DNA of 64,000 nt from Neodothiora populina (Eukaryota). The position numbers and the translations under genes are program-made. Below, piece after piece: positions 11,505 to 23,303 of this stretch; within the stretch, counting starts at the first letter, position 1, and each line of letters opens with the position of its first letter. The notes beneath the pieces were generated by a model. That model was not told the origin of the DNA. It did not search any database and saw only the letters and a list, made by a program, of their open reading frames with translations. The DNA lies in the NCBI RefSeq assembly GCF_041146345.1, contig NW_027191405.1, positions 1,860,001-1,924,000 on the forward strand. The letters run 5' to 3'.

Positions 11505-12614
11505 AGGGTTTCATGACTACGAAAAGGTTGGAATGAAGATGGGAAAAGGCTGTCTCTTTGTGCTTAGCGCTATATCCACATCTCATCATCGTCTCTGTCT
11601 CGCAGAGAAGCACATTATGCTATGGAAACGTGGGTGTAGTGCGCATAGTGTGCCAATCTGCAACGACTCTGTGAAGAAAGTTATCGCTGGTTGTGTTCAT
11701 AATTATCGTTCATGTGTAGCGTACGTCATGGTGACTTATTTTTCACCTCCTCGCTACCTACTCCACTTGCAACTTGCCCCTTTCTGATAGCAAGGGAGAG
11801 AAAAGGACAAGGCAACTCAATAGCCCACTCGTGGCCACAATGATTATGTAGTATATACGAACTAGCACCCAAAAGGGGATAGCACATCTCTTAAAAAGTC
11901 TCCACAATACGTCTCGACAATGCGATCTTCCCGTGGCGTCTGTCTGTGCTTGCCAGATGATGTGGGGTTGAATCGAGTTTAGTGTGTCGCCGCAACATGC
12001 GACAGTTGAGCCTTCCAAGATCTTACGTGTTTCGGGGGAATAATATACAAGGACAAATTGAGAACTACCTGACTAGGGCTATGCTATTATGGGGTTCTTT
12101 GAGCAAGAGACCATGTACAGTACAATTGAAGACGGTAAAGCTTATTTATGGGTGTTCGCTTCTGTGCCTCTATCTATTCCCCGCCCGCAGACGTTACGTC
12201 GTTCCTCTCGTACTGTTTCCTTCAAACTGGCCCGCTTCTGGATTGTGTCAGCGGCGGCTGCAATCGGTTTTTTTGCTCAATGTCGATCACTTTCCTCACG
12301 GACTAGCCGATAGGTGAAATCTTGCAAGTGCTGGAACTAATCTATGATGTACCAGCGAGCGGAAACCCTACAGTCCCCACTACAAACAGTTACGCACTAT
12401 TACTGGTTGTACTGTATCGTCTGTATGTTGAATTTTCTGGGTACCTGTGCTAGAGGTTCTATATCCGTCATCCGGTTTGGACAATAAAACCGCGGGCATC
12501 TCCCGCTCTTTTTCGAGGATGAAGGCGTACACGAGAAAGCCGACTGCTGCTGCGCGAATAATACATTCGTTGCCATTCTTCCGCATCTTTCACTTTTACT
12601 CGTTCAAGTGAAAG

Positions 12615-14460
12615 ATGTCTCTCAAAGGTGGTGACAGCCATGCTGTTGCTCCAGAGTTTGAAGCTCCCCGCACTCCTTCGACTGTGACGGAGGACGAGTT
12701 CGAGCATATGAGCTTGTATGAGAGGAAGTGCATTCTCATCAACGCCGAGCTAGACAGTCATGGCATGGGCCGCTATCAGTGGTATATCTGGTTTCTATGC
12801 GGCTTTGGTTATCTGCTCGACTTGCTCTGGGCGCAAGCTTTTGGGCTTGTGCTGCAGCCGCTGATGCAGGAGATGGGGTTTCCTGGTAAGCCTGCCCAAC
12901 TGTTACATGAAGAAGCAGATTTTGACTAACATGTGGTGTTTAGCCAATCAGTCAGGAAACATCTCGGTTGCCTTCAGCGCAGGCCTGACAGCCGGAGCCT
13001 TTTTCTGGGGAGTCATGACCGACTACATCGGTAGAAAGTGGGCTTTCAACTTGACCTGTCTCATCTCTGCGGCTTTTGGTCTGGCTCTGGGTGGCTGCAA
13101 CACCTATACTGCCTTTTTGGTCGTTACTGCGTTCAACGGCTTCGGTATCGGTGGCAACATCCCAATCGACACGACCATCTGTCTCGAGTTCATACCACAG
13201 AACAAGCGGTTCCTGCTTGCCTTGCTCTCGATCTTCCAACCGATCGGTGTCGTGATCACGAGCGTACTCGCATACGGCTTTATTCCCAACTTTTCTTGTT
13301 CACCAAACTTCAGCGAAGAGAACCCTCTGCCGTCCTGTAATTCAGTGGACTTGGCTCCGGGAGCCGAGTGCTGCACCAAAGCGAGCAACTACGGATGGCG
13401 GTATCTGATGTTCACGATCGGTGCAATCACGCTCTTCGTGTTCTTTCTGCGTTTTGTGGTCTTCACTTTCCAGGAATCGCCAAAGTTTTTGGTGTATCGC
13501 GGCAACGACGAGAAGGCCATCGAAGTGCTACAGCACATTGCCAAAACAAACAAGCGCGAGTGTGGCATCTCGCTGGCAGACTTTGAGGCTCTCGTCCGCG
13601 TTCACAGTCAGTCCGATGATAGCGCGGCCGGCGTGCTTGGTGCAGACGGCAAGCCCGTGGCTTTGACGCTGGTGCAGAAGTACAGCAGAGAACTACTGCG
13701 GTACAGAATGCTGTTCGACGGGTGGCAAATGGCAAGACTGACCATTCTTGTCTGGTTGACGTACATCATGGATTTCTGGGGCTTCACGCTCGCAGGTGAG
13801 CAGTCTTCTACCCTCCATCTCCTTCGCCTGTTCACAAAACTGATACTGTCTCACAGGAACCTACCTACCCAGTGTCCTAGCATACAAGAACAAAGACATC
13901 AACCTCTCGCTGCGTTTCACATACCGAAGCTACATCTACATCTACCTGCCCGGAATCGTCGGTGTCATGCTAGGAGCCCTCATGTACGGCGTGCCGACCG
14001 TCGGCAGGAAATGGGCCATGTGCATCTCGAGCGCACTAATGGGCGCGTCCATTTTCATCTTCAGCGCCGTCAACGACGAGGCCTCGAACATCGGCCTCAA
14101 TGTCCTCGAGTATTTCTTCCAGAGCATGTTCAACGCTGTTCTCTACGGCTGGTGAGTCCCTTCTTTCCCCCCTTTCTTGTCCCACCACGAGAACAGAATA
14201 CTGACTTTTGCAAAAACAGGACCCCAGAAGTCTTCCCTGCCCCAGTCCGCGCCACAGCCTGCGGCGTCGCGAGTTTCTGGGGCCGACTCTTCGGCATCAT
14301 CGCTCCCCTGACCGCGCAACACCTGCTGCCGCCAGAGACGGGTTTTGCGGATCCGATTGCCGTCAACAGAATCTTGTATCTCGCGGGCGGAATCACGCTG
14401 GGATGTGTTATCACCACTGCATTGTTGCCCAATAAGCGTTTGGGGAAGCAGAGTATGTGA
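12615..14460 (+). CDS. MFS transporter (SV2/SVOP-like branch of the sugar-porter superfamily)
   Basis: Motifs GMGRYQW, TDYIGRKWAFNLT, GGNIPID, ESPKFL and TPEVFPAPVRATACG, with many hydrophobic helices. Introns 12886-12943, 13796-13856 and 14152-14219. Confidence 0.9.
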
Positions 14461-15986
14461 GTCTGGAGAACGGTGGGATCGGGCGGCTTTACTCTTTTTT
14501 CACTTCGCCTATGCGCTGGCTGGATTCCAGTCTTTGCCTCTTTGGCTCGCGTAATATACTGGTGTCCTCTTCTCGCGACCTTCTCGTCTGTTTGTGAAAC
14601 GTGGAATTGTGAAATGTGGAAATGTGAAGCGGAATGTGCATGTCATACATTAACATGAGTATGAATATGTTTTGCACATGCAGTGTGAACAAACGAAAGT
14701 ATCTCCCACCACGAGTATCACTCACTCACGCGCTCACAGCCATCAGGAACCAATCACAATGATTTCGCTAGCTACTCTAGCCAAACTGGAGAAGCGACTG
14801 AGTCGATGGGTCGGAGCCATATCGTGCCATGGCTCTCTCGTGTTCTCATGTAGGAAGTATATCAAGGGGAACTAACTGATTGACTGAGTGGCTACGATTC
14901 CCAGTGCGATCAAGTCTCTCTAGGGCCAGACAATCGAGTGAGTGAGAGAAAGAGTTTACGTAGAGTAATACATTACAGATCTTCGTGTCTCGACACGGTA
15001 TAGTACGGATACTCTATAGTATGGTATGGACAAAGTCCGCCCCCACATCGCTTGCGCGAGAAAGTGCTGGTCTACTTCTCTATCCAAGCCGCTGATGTTT
15101 GCAGTGATGCGGTGCCTGGCTCTGTCAAGATCGGAAGCAGCGACGCGTAAGCCCTTCGGCTTGTGTACCCTCCGTCGAGTTTCACCTCCTCGATAATTCT
15201 CAATTTCGGTAGTGGTGGTGGTGGTGAATCCACAGCGATATAGGCTGCAGGAAACATGGAGTGCGAGTAGCGAAACCACCAAAGCCGCCATGTAGTGTAG
15301 GACAAATCGAGGCTGCCGTCCACTAAAGTCCTCGGCGTTCTCGATAGGACTGCCCTGATGTAGACTCAATGTCACCCCACGTCCCAATCAGGGGCTAGTA
15401 TACACCATCATTGGCTTGTCTTAATGCTGGCATATATGGGTTGAGCCGATGCAGAAGATTCGGCAATCGCATTATACGCTTGGTCTTCCAAGTGTAGAAG
15501 TAGATGGTGTATATTGACTTGAGTTCAGAGGCTCACCATAGAGCACTTTGAGCGATTGAAAGCTCACAAGTATTGCTTTGCAGAAGTTCGTGAAGATTCG
15601 GCTATGCTCCTAGTAGATGATTGCTGTCTTGTCTTCAGGCCCGACCCACCACTTCTTGGAGGTAATACTTCTTTTGCGCACCCTCACGGACTACGGAGAC
15701 CGTCGCGTAGCTTACGGCTGCATTTCAGAGCGTATAGCTGATCGAGGTTCGGCAATGTGGGTGAGAAGCATAAAGGTTGTGGAGACGTTCGCTCCTGAAA
15801 CAGAACTTGGACGCCATATTCGGTACATTTGGCCAGTAGAGTGTGGTCCTCGGGTTTGTAAGGGCCGCCATGGTGGCACGGCTCTCAAGGAGCGATTTGT
15901 GTTGCTCATTGCTTCCACGGCCTCGCAACCTTGCTTGCGAACTAGATCCGACCGGCATTGCGACCAGTATGTGATTGATTGACGCA

Positions 15987-18487
15987 TCAATTGCTCAAAG
16001 CAAGACACGCATCTACAGCCAATCCTACCCTGCCATCTTTCATGCGCACGACGTCGCTAATTACATCTCGATCGAGGTCTGGGAACATGCCTTGAAGTGT
16101 TCTGGCAATGGGGTTAGCATTTTGACAGTCATACAAAACAAGTATCCTGCTTACTCAACAACCACCAGGTGTTCCTGAGCTTGTATCCTCTGTGCCTCGG
16201 CGGCCTCTGCCCTTGCCTGACTAGCTGCAACCGTTTGTTCGTCTTGCACTTGAATCCTCGATGCACCTGCACTTCTAGCACGTTGCTGATGATCAGGACT
16301 TCTCCTTCGCCTTGACTCTTCACTGCTATTGCGCTGCAGCGGCCGTGTAGGAGGAGCTGGCGACAGACGCGGAGTAGAAACAGGCTGTGATTTGAGCGTT
16401 GACTGAGACGACGGTTGACTTTCGTCGCTAAAGATACGGCCAATAGATGACAGCGGCTTCTGAATGGTGCGTAGCAAGCCTGAAACGGCGTCCTTTTCGT
16501 CACCGCTGTCTGACCCATCGCTGCGGGCGCTTTTGTTTCGAAGAGCTCTCTCGCCTTCCGTACTGTTTCTAGGCGTAAGCTCGGGCCTGCTGGGGGCTCC
16601 CTTCTCCGAGTAGTGCGGTTGGTAGGACTTCGTTGGCGAAGTAGGAGTCACGGGACCTTGGTTTGTATCAGGGCGAGCGGAAGGGTCGTGTGTGGTAGAC
16701 TCATACTCCTCTGCCTTGTGACCTTCAGCAATGGCACTGACGGAAGCTTCGACATTTCGCTCAAATTCCTCGTCCGTCACTGTCAGATTAGTGCGGTCCA
16801 GATTCTCTACGAAGCTGACCACACCCATGAGTGAAGATATGTAGTAGCCAGCCTCTCCACCTAGCTTTTCCTGATTTCGGAATCTCAAAATGTACTGGAC
16901 ATTGCTGACCAGGTGTTCTGGATTTGCTCGTAAGACGGTGTAAATGAGGAGCGGTAGAAAAGAGTCGGCTGATTGATCGCCCTTTGAGTTTTTCAAGAAT
17001 CCGAATATGACTTTGCAGGCGTTTAGTACGCAAATGACCTTGTCACGTGGAGCACGATATGAGTTGATCTTTAGTAATTCTTGCTGTGCTAGCAGGAGAA
17101 ACTTGCGACCCTTCTCATTGAATGGGGCAAGGTCAAGGTGCTCTTCCCGAACCCAGCGATAAATGCGGATCTTCTGCGCGATGACGGTATCGCGTTCGAC
17201 ATCTTCCTGGTGCTGCCCCTTGCGACCCGGGGCCTGCGAGGATTGACTCCTGGGCCTCCTTAGCTTCGCTGGCGATAAAGGCTCAGGAGGGGGAATTGCA
17301 GGAGAGAACGTCTGGTTGTAGAGCCGGTTCATGACCAGTTTCTCCATACCTTCTCGAGCGTTGTCGAATTCTTGGTCTGAGACGTTACGCCAAACATCAC
17401 ACAAGGCCATTTTCTTGGCTATGAAGTCGAGGAAGTCAGAAATGATCTTGACCTGCTCATGCACCATCCACTGTTTCTTGGCGAACTCAGTAAGGAAGGA
17501 GCGTAAGAAGCGGGCAACAGGATCGGCGGTTCGATGGCGCAACTGATCAAGGAACCGGTGAAAGTCGAAGGGTAGGGCAGGCTCGGGGTCAGGCGAAGGA
17601 AGAGGGGGTTGTATCATAACGGAAGGAGGTCTAGGTGAGGAGGTCCCTGCTCCTACTCCTTCCTGGACAGGCAGTGACACATTTGAGATACTTGCTCCAG
17701 AAATTGAACCAGGTCTGGCGGCGGAGGGATTGAAAAGATAGCTTTCCCGAGAGCCTGCTGAATGCGAGAGAGGGGATGGTAAATTAGGATTTGAAGATGA
17801 AGGATCGAGGCTGGAACTCCTTGGAGGGTAGGACGCAGGTGCATCGAAGCGCGGGGACATGATCTTCTGCAACTCGGGCATAGTGGCCTCGGTATCGAAT
17901 TGATCTATGATATTCTGGATTTCTGACGAAGATTCCTTGTTGTTAGAAGTCTCTTTCTGAGTTTGCATATCCAGGGCTCGTTTCTCATCGTCATTACCAT
18001 CGTCCCCATCGTCAGTGTGTGGCGTGAGCGGAGGAAGTGGAGGTTGGAAGGAGCTGGCTTGACGAGTAATGAATACATCATCCTTTGGAGGCGGAGGTGG
18101 AGGTTGAGGAGACATGGTAGCAGCATCAGATATTGTGTCTTCACTCTTCTCTTCTTTCTCGGTATAATCTGGTTGAGGAGATGTCGGATTTCCGACTAAC
18201 GACAAACTTGCGGTCTGGGTAGACAATTGGCCCTCGGCGTCTCGCTCGCTCTTGTCTTGTGTCAAACCATTCTTTTCATCTGATTTCTCAGCTTCGATTT
18301 GCCCAGGTGACACTTTAGTTACAATGTCTGTGTCTTCTATTTCATTCCGAAAGTCCATCAAGTCGTTGCTGTTGTCTTTATTAGCATTCGGCGCCGTCTC
18401 GTCTGTTGTTTGGGCCTTGGGTTGTGATGCCGCTACGTCCTTGTCCTGCATATTCGCAATGCGTGATTCTCCGTTTTCTTGTCCCAT
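15987..18487 (-). CDS. VPS9: Vps9 Rab5 guanine-nucleotide exchange factor with C-terminal CUE domain
   Basis: VPS9 domain (YRAPRDKVICVLNACK..SADSFLPLLIY..GGEAGYY). Intron 16102-16154 adds the CUE domain TLQGMFPDLDRDVISDVVRMKDGRVGLAVDACLALSN*. Confidence 0.93.
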
Positions 18488-18999
18488 AAGTACGGCCCCT
18501 CTATCTTACTCTGTAGTGAAGCGAGAGGAGAACAGCCAGGCTAGAGTGACAAGATATCCTATGATACTGTGGTTATACGCCTTGTTCAAGGTAAGCTCAG
18601 AGGGCGTTCATGCCAAGGAGATGCCTTCCTCGCACGTTATCAACTTCCTAAAGTCACGCGCTTGAGGTGAAGAAGGTCAGCTGTACTTCCAGAGTGGTAG
18701 AGTAGTAATTTCCTGTTTCGCGATAATGATAAGGCATGCGATGCTATGGATTCATATTGATCAACGACTCGCGATTCTCTTTACACATTGTTGGCCTGGA
18801 CTTTATCACTGTAGCTCCCTTCCCCCACTAAGAAGGACCCTTACGTACCTCCGTGTCAAAGTGTCATAAGTAATATATAATGATTAGTATATGACTCGAG
18901 CCTTCTCGAGCCCATGCGTGCGATCAGTGTTTTGGTCAAACTCTACTCCTTACAATATATCCAGTCTACGACATCCACTACATCTCGCGCACAAGACGC

Positions 19000-20831
19000 A
19001 TGTGTGGCATCCATCTTACCCTCAGCACCGAGGACTATATACTGCCGAGTGCCAAGACATGTGAACTATTGCACCGGAGGGGCCCTGATGCAGTCCGCGA
19101 ACTAAAAAGGACTTGTACAATAGACGACAATGGCCGACAGTCCAAGGTTTTCATCACCTGCTATAGCACAGTTTTGGCTCTTCGTGGCCCTCAAGTCGTC
19201 CCGCAGCCTATCACGTCTTCCTCTAGCGAGGGTGCGTTGAGCCATTGCGATGATTTTCTCTGCTGGAATGGAGAGGCCTTCAAGATCAATGATCACCCAG
19301 TCACGGGTAACGACTCCGAGACCGTGTTCAACTTGCTTTCCAATAATGGACAGTCTTCGCTCGTCCCGGCGCCTGTAGACCATCTTGATGCTGCTGAGGC
19401 GACGGCTGCTATCAAAGGCCCTTATGCCTTTGCGTTTTATCATTCTGCTCGCTCTGAAATCTCTTTTGCTCGGGATCCACTTGGTAGACGTGCGTTGATG
19501 TCAAGGTATGACGATCATGGTAACTTCTACCTAAGCAGCATCGTAGATTCCCGCGCAGAGCCAGGTTGGCAAGAAGTCGAGGCAGACGGCGTCTACTCCA
19601 TTCATCTTCCCACTTTCTTCCAAGTCGCCTCCAAAGGTGAGGTCAGCTTACCCAAGCACGTCCCTTACGTCGCAGGATGGGGCCCTCTGTCGGCACTAAA
19701 TGAAGGCCAACCGGCAGGTGGTCCGCCTGAAACACCTATTAGACCGCAGTCATGTGCTCCCTTGAGTAGCTTGTCTGCTTCTGTGAGCCAGATCGAGCTT
19801 CTGTTACGCCAATCACTTTCGACTCGTCTGACTACCATTCCACCTTGCGCCAGTGAGAACATCAGAAACGCAGCACATGACCCTGCTCGCCTCGCTATCT
19901 TGTTCTCTGGTGGGTTGGACTGCACTCTGCTGGCCCGCATCGCAAATGACTTTGTGCCGGGTGATGAACCTATAGACCTACTGAACGTTGCCTTTGAGAA
20001 TCCTCGTGTGCACAAGGGACCAAAATCAGCGGATGAGGCAGAAACATATTCTCCATACGAACTTTGCCCTGATCGAATCACTGGGAGAGCCTCCGTTGAG
20101 GAGCTTCGGACAGGTTGTCCAGACCGTCAATGGCGCTTCATTGCCATAAACATCCCGTACCAGGAGACCTTGACTCATAGAGCCGAGATCGTCGCTCTCA
20201 TTCATCCGCATAACACCGAAATGGACTTGAGCATTGCTTGTGCGCTATACTTTGCTGCTCGAGGTCATGGAATGTTGACAGACTTATCGTCGGACGAACC
20301 ACCAGTGTCATATACTACCGAAGCTCGTGTACTTCTTTCGGGACTAGGCGCTGATGAACTGTTTGGGGGATATCAACGACATGCCATCGCTTTTGACAAA
20401 CACGGTCTATCCGGTTTATTGGAGGAACTCAATCTCGATATCGGAAGGTTGGGCAAGCGAAATCTTGGCCGAGATGACAGAGTCCTCTCGAATTGGGCCC
20501 GCGAAACACGATTTCCCTTTCTTGACGAGGACTTAGTTGATTGGGCCGTGAAGTCTGATGTCTGGGAAAGATGCGACTTCGGAGCGCAACCGAGCTTCGG
20601 ACCCGACGCCGAGATCGATGGCAGCATCAACTTGGAGCCTGGAAAGAAGGTCCTGCGATGTCTCGCTTGGAAACTTGGCATGGCCAAGGTTGCGAGCGAG
20701 AAAAAGCGCGCTGTAAGTACTTGGGAGCCTTCCACTTGGTCACGCTAATACTCCTTTCACAGATACAATTTGGAGCACGCACAGCAAAGATGGAAGTCGG
20801 AAGAGTAAAGGGCACCCAACTTTTGTCCTGA
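19000..20831 (+). CDS. Asparagine synthetase domain-containing protein (ASNSD1/YML096W-like)
   Basis: N-terminal MCGI (Ntn glutaminase), HRRGPD, LCWNGE, ARDPLGRR, LFSGGLDC, SGLGADELFGGY and NLGRDDR. Intron 20713-20762 gives the conserved end KRAIQFGAR. Confidence 0.92.
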
Positions 20832-21201
20832 AATTGTAGGCCTATCTCTTCGAGAATTGCTTCGGTCATCGTGGTAGCGAGACCCCCGCATGGATTACCA
20901 TTACTGTCGAGTAAGTTTCCTTTCGCTTTCCCCTATCACGGCTGTGATGACACTTTGACATAGATACTTATGAGGACCGCGTAAGACTTGGTATGCTATT
21001 TCACCATCCGTCTTCTGTGTTTCCAGTCTTTCCAAGGCTTCGGTGTAACCTTTTGGCGAGACGTTGAAATGGCTGTCAAGCAAAGGTCTGCTGACTTGTG
21101 AAAGGCAAGTCTGAGCCAACGCCAAAAGTTTGAATTTGTTTCCGATCGTGCGACTTCGGTGGTCATGTACTAACATCATCCTGGCTAGCATTCGGGTACG
21201 T

Positions 21202-21727
21202 CTACAAGGTAACAAGATATGTATCCAAGGTGACGACAGTGCGATTGGCGTTCGTACTGGTGCTTCCCAATATGAAGCCGTTGGTAAGGCTTGAGTACTG
21301 CGAGCCACCAATCGTCACCTCCTGCTTGCATATCAGCCGCCTATTCGCGAAACAAAGATAGCAAATGAGCAAGACTTACGACCCTTGTGACTTGTCCGAC
21401 CGGACTACCAGCACCAGCAACATGGAAATAAAACGAAGAATTACTATAAGTCATGCCATAGGCATCTATGTCGTTCTGCTCGACAGTCTGATTGTAATAG
21501 ATCGATGGGTGCGCAAATCCACCCAGAATCTTACCACTCAGCAGTGGTCCTGAGATGGTACCATTGATTGGCAATACAACGCTGGTGCCTCCTGGTATTG
21601 CGATTGGAGCGGGAGTGCCAAGGAGATTCAGAGAGGCAGTGAAGGCTGGACTAAACGTGAAGGGAAGCTGCGCGATGGCCAGGGCCCAGAAAGAAAAACA
21701 TATACAAAGCAGAGGAAGAACATGCAT
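21202..21727 (-). CDS. Small secreted beta-rich protein, possibly DUF3237/UPF0311-like
   Basis: Signal peptide MHVLPLLCICFSFWALAIA. The segment LPINGTISGPLLSGKILGG resembles the DUF3237 core. Intron 21322-21379 (GTAAGT..CTGAT..CAG) adds EVTIGGSQYSSLTNGFILGSTSTNANRTVVTLDTYLVTL*. Confidence 0.65.
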
Positions 21728-23303
21728 CTTATCGCTAAATGATAAGAGAGTACGCTGTGAAATAGGTACTGATCTCAGGTTTTATCTCGACTGTCTCGAT
21801 GTACTCAAGGCCCAAAGCGGGGACTAGCTAGACATTATATACCAGAGATCCAAACAGAACAATCCTCTCGCTGAACCGATGGTGCTGAAATCCAGTTCGG
21901 CAAGATAATCGTCCCTCTACGAGTCACCACAAGCGACCGACAGGCAAGGAAGTGAGCAACAAGAAGATCCGTCTATCCAAAGGATCGCTTACTGAAACAA
22001 GCCTCACTATCTCTTCCCGAGAACCCGACGTTGATCATCAGTGATGAGCAATGCAGTCAGCGTAGCCACTTCAGCTATTCATATACAGTACCGTGCTTGC
22101 GTAGATCTCTCCGCTGCCTGCTTATGGCTATATTGGAATGGCGTTTTTACCTCCGACAACCCATTCCTTTTTCTGTTTCGATCGGTTCCCTCAGTCCTGT
22201 GTACACTTTCTGATATGGCTTCCTTTTGCTCTTCTAAGCTGATGTGTGAACGTTGAACCAAAAGCCACGGCAAGGCAAATCGAACTTCTAGTCGATCAAG
22301 GGCGTGCATCAATAAGTTTCGATATCTAAGAAAGGCCACTCTTAACATTTCACAACGGAATATCTCATTCTAGATAGATGCACCAGCTACGGCATGATGC
22401 CTACAGGCTACAAGATCGACACAGCCGACAGATGAGAAACTCCAAGTTGCACAGCAACCTGTAGCCCCAAAAGAGCCGTCCGGCCCGCATACAACTCGTC
22501 GATCAGACCCGCATACATACAGTAAGATAAAGTACGATGACAACAGCAATACGGAAAGCCAGGCTGGCTGCCCTGCAGTGTAGTCACTTTTCTGCGCTGT
22601 AGGAGCAAATCCTGCCTTTTAGTCAATGAGTTCGGCATAACATTTTATTGGCGACCTGCTTCTCGGCGCCGCGGCAAGGGGTGGACATTATGCGTTGGCG
22701 ATGGCCTTCAAGCAACTATTTCTATATCTATATGTGGAATCCGGCTAGATGTTTGTGTAAGGAGGATATTCGTTTTGTCACAATCGGAGATTATCTTGTT
22801 TTTCTTTCTTTGCTCATGTGGGTATGTGCGGTGCTCTGAATGTGAATGCAGGGAGGGGCTCAGCCGCAGACGTGCATGCTTGAGTAGGGACCATATGTAG
22901 ATAGGTAAGTGGAGGTACGTAGTACGTGGCTTGTCATATCACCACATACTTGGGGTATAAGACGATCTTGCTACTTAAAGAAAAGCCATATCAAGGTGGA
23001 TTTGCTGTTCGTGAGAGTGATATGGGCTGTCTCGGATGGTCGGATATTTCTTGTATTCTTGCGTTGTTGTATTTGATGATAGGCAGACTAAGAAATCTCC
23101 GGCCGAGCACAACGCATTCGAGGTCCAAAGTTGCTCGATTACAGGTAGAAGGCGTGGAGTCATATATTCGCTGCATCCAATGTGCGGAGTCACGAAAGAC
23201 AGCCTTAGATCTGCTGTTGGGGCTATTATGATAGAGGCTAGATCTTCACATTCAGTTCTGCATTGGTGTTTTCCTTCTCCGACCAAGGCTCGCAAGCTCT
23301 ACT

